Shown: in pieces, positions 59,265 through 64,000 of the stretch
How the letters are laid out: every line of letters begins with the position of its first letter
Numbering within the stretch: the first letter of the stretch is position 1
Source: an uncultured bacterium
GTDB taxonomy: Bacteria; Omnitrophota; Gorgyraeia; Duberdicusellales; CBEUCJ01
Assembly: GCA_965541615.1 (NCBI GenBank)
Contig: CBEUCJ010000002.1
Span: 159,795 to 223,794 of the forward strand
Direction: 5' to 3'
DNA: 64,000 nucleotides
Notes under the pieces: model-generated
Told to the model about the DNA's origin: nothing
The model's input: the letters and a program-made list of their open reading frames with translations, nothing else
The model's database searches: none
Made by a program: the position numbers and the translations under genes

Positions 59265-60184
59265 CTCACACTCTCAATATCATTTAATCTTTTCAAAAAA
59301 GGAGGTTTTCTTTCACATATACTCTTTGCATACTCACAAAAACTATAAAACACACATCCAAAAGGTGTCTCTTTTCTTAACTTTTCCAAAGTGTAAATTT
59401 TTCTTTCTCTTATCCCTTCAAAAGTCTCCAATAAACTTTTAGTATAAGGATGCAAAGGTTTATTAAAAATATTTGAAATGGTATTCTTTTCTAAGATTTG
59501 ACCTTTATAAATTACATAAACTTTTTCAGCTAAAGATTTAGCTAACTCCAAATCATGAGTAATCAATAATAGAGCACTTTCAGAATCTGAAAAAACATCT
59601 TTTAAAAAATTTGTTATCTCTTTTGCTGTAAAAAAATCTAAAGAACTTGTAGGTTCATCTGCTATGATTAACTCAGGATTTAAAGCTGTAGCTATTGCTA
59701 TCATTATTCTTTGATTCATTCCACCAGAGAGTTCATGAGGATAAGAATTGTAAACTCTCAAAGGCTCTGAAAACTTTAATCTTTCTAAGAGTTTTAAAGT
59801 CTCTAAGTAAGAGCCTTTTTTGCTCATTTTTCGGTGAAAGTAAAATACTTCTCTTATCTGTTCACCTGCTTTCATTAAAGGATCTAAATAACTAAAAGGT
59901 TCTTGAAAAATGTAAGAGATTTGAGCTCCTCTTATTTTTTCTAAATCAGCTTCTTTTAATCTAAGAATATCTTTATTTTTAAATATTATCTTCCCTTCTT
60001 TATACCTTGCATTTTGAGGTAAAAGCTTAGTTATAGAAAGCCCTACAGTACTTTTTCCTGCTCCACTTTCTCCAATTAAGACTACTCTTTCGGTTTTCTC
60101 TACCTCTAAGTCTATTTCTTTGCAAGCTATGAATTCTTTTTTTCCTTTTAGGTAACTTACACTTAAGTTTTGAATCTTTAACAT
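59249..60184 (-). CDS. peptide/nickel ABC transporter ATP-binding protein (OppD/DppD-like)
   Basis: GESGAGKS, YPHELSGGMNQR, IADEPT, HPYT, C-terminal Cys cluster. Confidence 0.93.
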   Translation of the reverse strand: MLKIQNLSVSYLKGKKEFIACKEIDLEVEKTERVVLIGESGAGKSTVGLSITKLLPQNARYKEGKIIFKNKDILRLKEADLEKIRGAQISYIFQEPFSYLDPLMKAGEQIREVFYFHRKMSKKGSYLETLKLLERLKFSEPLRVYNSYPHELSGGMNQRIMIAIATALNPELIIADEPTSSLDFFTAKEITNFLKDVFSDSESALLLITHDLELAKSLAEKVYVIYKGQILEKNTISNIFNKPLHPYTKSLLETFEGIRERKIYTLEKLRKETPFGCVFYSFCEYAKSICERKPPFLKRLNDIESVRCHLY

Positions 60185-60186
60185 AC

Positions 60187-61002
60187 TTATCTAAAATGTT
60201 CTCTTAAAGCTTCTCCAATAAAGTTTACTGCTAAAACTGTCAAGAATATAAACAATCCTGGAAAAAAAGTAACCCAAGGAGCAATACTCATAGCTTGCTT
60301 TGCTTCTATTAATATATTTCCCCAAGAAGGAATTGGAGGTTGGACTCCTAATCCTAAAAAGCTTAAAGCACTCTCAACTAAAATTGCTGTACCTACTCCT
60401 AAAGTGCCTGAGACTACAACTGGTCCTAAAGCATTAGGAATCAAATGCTTCAAAATTATCCTTTTATTAGAAATCCCTAATGATTTCAAAAAGAATATAA
60501 AATCTTGTTCCTTCAGACTCAAGATCTGAGCTCTGATTAATCTGGCTGGTCCCATCCAAGAAGTTAAGCCTATTATAACCATTATCAAGAATAAAGAAGG
60601 TTTTTCAAATAGAGCTATCAAAGCTAAAATTAAAAAAATTGTAGGAAAACACAGCATAATATCTATGAACCTTGAAATAAGAGTATCTATTAAACCTCCA
60701 TAAAAACCTGCCAGACTCCCTAAAATTACTCCAATTACCAAAGCTATCCCCACAGCAATAAATCCTACACTTAAAGATATTCTGCCTCCATAAAGGATCC
60801 TTGAAAGTAAATCTCTTCCTAAGGAATCAGTTCCAAAGGGGTGTTCTAAAGAAGGGGGAGAAAAAATCAAATCTTCATTTATTTTAAAAGGATCATAAGG
60901 AGCTAAAATAGGAGCTAAATAACACAAAATCACCATAGATAAAAACATTAAGAATCCTGCTCTTCCAAATCTATGGCTGAGTATTTTCTTTAAAAGTTCC
61001 AT
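60187..61002 (-). CDS. peptide ABC transporter permease (OppC/DppC-like)
   Basis: HPFGTDSLGRD, ESALSFLGLG, PSWG; start placed at MELLKK (61002). Confidence 0.92.
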   Translation of the reverse strand: MELLKKILSHRFGRAGFLMFLSMVILCYLAPILAPYDPFKINEDLIFSPPSLEHPFGTDSLGRDLLSRILYGGRISLSVGFIAVGIALVIGVILGSLAGFYGGLIDTLISRFIDIMLCFPTIFLILALIALFEKPSLFLIMVIIGLTSWMGPARLIRAQILSLKEQDFIFFLKSLGISNKRIILKHLIPNALGPVVVSGTLGVGTAILVESALSFLGLGVQPPIPSWGNILIEAKQAMSIAPWVTFFPGLFIFLTVLAVNFIGEALREHFR

Positions 61003-61007
61003 TTTAT

Positions 61008-61991
61008 TTAAACTTTGGGTTTTTGATATTTTATTCTGGGGTCTACGAGAGCATAGCAAATATCAGCTATTAAGTTTCCTAAAAAAGTCAAAATAGCTCC
61101 TATAGTTAATAATCCCATAATTAAAAAATAATCCCTCATCATAACTGCTTCATAAAATAACTTTCCCATTCCAGGAATTGAGAATATACTCTCGAAAATA
61201 ACACTCCCTCCTAATAAACCTGGAATAGACAATCCTATTAAAGTTATAATAGGTAAAAGTGCATTTTTTAAGATATGAGAAAATAATAACCTCTTCTTAG
61301 GTAAACCCTTTGCTTTTAGAGCTATAACAAATTCTTTATTTAAAACTTCTATTAAACTCTGCCTAAAGTATCTGGTTATACCTGCCAGAGCTCCAAAGCA
61401 GGTCACTAATACTGGCAAACTTATATGCCATAAAAAATCTTTAATCTTGCCTAAAAAACTCAAAGCTTCATAGTTTAAAGAATGGACTCCTGAAACAGGA
61501 AATATTTGCAACCTTACACAAAAAAACTGTATACATAACAGAGCAAACCAAAAAGAAGGCACTGAATACCCTATAAAGACCAAAACAGTAGTAAAATTAT
61601 CAAAAAACTTACCTCTCTTTAAAGCTCCTACTATTCCAATGAATCCACCTATTAAAAATATCAAAATTATAGCTATTAGATTTATAATTAGAGTGATACC
61701 TGCTCTTTCTTTTATCTTTTCTATAACTGGTCTGTTATCTGAAATTGAAACTCCAAAATCAAAAGTTAAAACCTTTTTTAACCATAAAAGATATTGAATA
61801 AGTAAAGGCTTATCTAATCCATAGATTTTTTTTATCTTCTCATAAAAATCCAATGAAGTCTTTACATTCAGATCTGCACCTGGAATTGTAGGTTTACCAG
61901 GGACCAGATGAATCAATATAAAGACTATTAAGGTTATCCCTAAAAAAGTAGGAATAAACTGTAATAGCCTTTTTAAAATGTAAGAGATCAC
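61008..61991 (-). CDS. peptide ABC transporter permease (OppB/DppB-like)
   Basis: YILKRLL, GLDKPL, KAKGL, HILKNALLP, DPRI. Confidence 0.93.
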   Translation of the reverse strand: MISYILKRLLQFIPTFLGITLIVFILIHLVPGKPTIPGADLNVKTSLDFYEKIKKIYGLDKPLLIQYLLWLKKVLTFDFGVSISDNRPVIEKIKERAGITLIINLIAIILIFLIGGFIGIVGALKRGKFFDNFTTVLVFIGYSVPSFWFALLCIQFFCVRLQIFPVSGVHSLNYEALSFLGKIKDFLWHISLPVLVTCFGALAGITRYFRQSLIEVLNKEFVIALKAKGLPKKRLLFSHILKNALLPIITLIGLSIPGLLGGSVIFESIFSIPGMGKLFYEAVMMRDYFLIMGLLTIGAILTFLGNLIADICYALVDPRIKYQKPKV

Positions 61992-63589
61992 TCTTTAATG
62001 ACTAATTTGTATCTTTGCTCTTTTAAAGGAACATACCACTCTTCAAAATTATAAAAGATCCCAGATTTTGTTAACTTTACATTTCTAAATCTTTTATGAA
62101 GAGCAAATAAACTTTGGGGTACATATAAGAACATGTAAGGTTGATCTTCATAGATAATCTTTTGAACTTTCTGGTAAATTTTTTTTCTTATTTTGACATC
62201 AAATATTTGTCTTGCTTTTTCTAACAACTTATCTACAAGTTTATTTTTATACCCTACAAAGTTAAATTCTCCTTCTCTTGTCTTTGAAGAATGAAAGATA
62301 TCATAGATATCAGGTTCAGGGCTCAAACCCCATCCTAATAAGACTGCTTCAAATTTTCTTTTATTTATAAACTCATTTATAAACACAGACCATTCTACAA
62401 CTTTTATATCTACTTTTATGCCTATCTTTTCTAAATCATATTTTATTAATTCTGCTGTTTTTTGTCTTTCTAAGTTACCTTGATTAGTAATTATTGTGAA
62501 CTTAAATTCTTTACCATCTTTTTCTAAGATTCCGTCAGAATCTGCATCCTGCCATCCACATTCTTTTAAAATCTTTTTTGCTCTTTCAGGATCATAAGGA
62601 GCAGGTTTAATCTTGGGATTAAAAGCCCATTGGGAAGGGACAAAAGGACCAGTACAGATTATGCCTTTACCTAATAATACTGTCTTTATTATCCTTTTTT
62701 TGTTTACAGCTAAATTTAAAGCTCTTCTTACTCTTTTATCTTTAAACAAAGGATTTCTTAAATTATAACCTAAGTAAACATATCCTAAAGATGGCTTTTC
62801 AAATTTTCTAAAGTTTTTTTTAAATATAGAAGACTTTGTATGGTAAATATATTGAAGAGGTGTTAAACCTGCAAAATCTATATTTTGAGTAATTAATTCT
62901 AAAAAAAGAGTAGCAGTATCTCCTATTACTTTAAAGACTACATACTCTATGTAAGGAGGTTTTTTAAAATAATCAGAATTCCTTTTTAATATTATTTTTT
63001 CTTGAGTCTTCCATAAACAGAATTTATAAGGACCTGTACCTACAGGTCTTCTTTTAAAATCTGATTCTAAAAGATTCTTCCCTTTTAATAAATGAGCAGG
63101 TATTATTCCCATAGTCCAAGAACTCAAAGCAGGAGAAAATGGTTTTTTATAATAGACTTTTACAGTGTATTTATCAGGTGTCTCAATCTTTTCAATTAAT
63201 TCATAATCTCCACTGTAAGGAGAAGGAACTTGAGGTGAAACTAACATCTTATAAGTGAACAATACATCTTCAGAGGTGAATTCTTTACCATCATGCCATT
63301 TTACTCCTTTTTTTAAATGAAAAGTTATTACTTTTTTATCTTTTGAAACTTCAAAACTCTCAGCTAAATCTGGGACCAAATTTAAATCTTTATCATACTT
63401 TAATAGACCATTGAATATAAAATCACAGACTTGTGCAGAAGCTGAATCTGAAGCTAATATTGGAACTAAAACACGCGCATCAGCTATACTTCCAGTAACA
63501 AAAGCATCTCCTTTATCTTGAGCAAAACTTAAAAAATTTTTAAGGAAAAATAAAAAAATAAATAGGGCTATCTTTTTATTTTTTCTCAC
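61988..63589 (-). CDS. peptide ABC transporter substrate-binding protein (SBP family 5)
   Basis: LVPDLAES, KWHDGKEFTSEDV, PVGTGPYK, DKRVRRAL. Confidence 0.94.
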   Translation of the reverse strand: MRKNKKIALFIFLFFLKNFLSFAQDKGDAFVTGSIADARVLVPILASDSASAQVCDFIFNGLLKYDKDLNLVPDLAESFEVSKDKKVITFHLKKGVKWHDGKEFTSEDVLFTYKMLVSPQVPSPYSGDYELIEKIETPDKYTVKVYYKKPFSPALSSWTMGIIPAHLLKGKNLLESDFKRRPVGTGPYKFCLWKTQEKIILKRNSDYFKKPPYIEYVVFKVIGDTATLFLELITQNIDFAGLTPLQYIYHTKSSIFKKNFRKFEKPSLGYVYLGYNLRNPLFKDKRVRRALNLAVNKKRIIKTVLLGKGIICTGPFVPSQWAFNPKIKPAPYDPERAKKILKECGWQDADSDGILEKDGKEFKFTIITNQGNLERQKTAELIKYDLEKIGIKVDIKVVEWSVFINEFINKRKFEAVLLGWGLSPEPDIYDIFHSSKTREGEFNFVGYKNKLVDKLLEKARQIFDVKIRKKIYQKVQKIIYEDQPYMFLYVPQSLFALHKRFRNVKLTKSGIFYNFEEWYVPLKEQRYKLVIKE

Positions 63590-63863
63590 TCTGAGTCTTT
63601 GAGGGCTGAACTTTTGCAGGAATTTTTTCTATGACGGACTTTACTTTTTTCTTAGAAAGAAGATTTAAACTCAAACTCGTTATGAAAAAAATAGAAGCTA
63701 AAATCGCTGTAAGTCTAACAAAAAAAGAACTAGTCTTAGTCCCAAATATGGTTTCAGCTCCTCCCAGACTTTCTATTAAACCTCCTCCTCTTCCTTGTTG
63801 AATTAAGATAACCACTATCAATAGAATAGCTACTATTATATGTAAAGTAAACAGAATACCCAT
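63576..63863 (-). CDS. secG: preprotein translocase subunit SecG
   Basis: LIVVILIQQGRGGGL...GG...FG, two TM segments, follows tpiA. Confidence 0.93.
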   Translation of the reverse strand: MGILFTLHIIVAILLIVVILIQQGRGGGLIESLGGAETIFGTKTSSFFVRLTAILASIFFITSLSLNLLSKKKVKSVIEKIPAKVQPSKTQSEKK

Positions 63864-63869
63864 TTTTAT

Positions 63870-64000
63870 TTAAATTATTGAGTTTTTAATTATCTTTACA
63901 AAGGAATCAGATTTCAAAGAAGCTCCTCCTACCAATCCTCCATCTACATCTTTTTGTGAGACTAAATCTCTTATATTTTCAGGCTTAATACTTCCTCCAT
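63870..64000 (-). CDS. tpiA: triose-phosphate isomerase, C-terminal fragment at window edge
   Basis: [29 protein letters not shown]. Confidence 0.95.
   Translation of the reverse strand, partial: GGSIKPENIRDLVSQKDVDGGLVGGASLKSDSFVKIIKNSII

Noticed and set aside
13331-64000. Prophage, integron or IS element explaining the accessory region; tRNA/rRNA genes
   Set aside because: No integrase, transposase, phage structural gene, attC-like repeat, terminal inverted repeat or structured RNA gene was recognised.

Overview
This is a 64 kb AT-rich, Lys/Glu-rich bacterial chromosomal segment. It probably comes from a thermophilic anaerobe; the PilZ, prepilin and DUF4416-PflX gene content suggests an Omnitrophota/PVC-like lineage (inference only). 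The left ~13 kb is a + strand housekeeping block: valS-nadC-uvrB-birA-coaX, CIRCE-groES-groEL, two PilZ genes and pflX. Everything from ~13.3 kb onward is on the - strand. The accessory region there holds an ECF sigma/anti-sigma/VIT-vWA module, a CHASE2/HD-GYP gene, a His-tailed pilin and several internally deleted gene relics. It also holds a complete type III-A CRISPR-Cas locus (cas6-cas10-csm2/3/4/5-csm6-cas1-cas2) with a 19-repeat array, sitting inside the scattered remains of a type I-B locus (orphan cas6, cas4 tail, truncated cas1). Six toxin-antitoxin modules are present: three AbiEii-type, two MNT-HEPN and one VapBC. The window ends with a tpiA-secG-peptide ABC-rsmF-like-thrC run. Most notable observations: (1) two CRISPR spacers in opposite orientation encode the same peptide and differ only at synonymous third positions; (2) an AbiEii/XRE-fusion/cas6 operon with an operator over its promoter; (3) a twice-repeated ECF promoter GAAC-N17-GTCTAA; (4) a conserved gene whose N-terminus has no canonical start codon; (5) widespread leaderless-type promoters. 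All calls come from reading the sequence by eye; no database searches were run.
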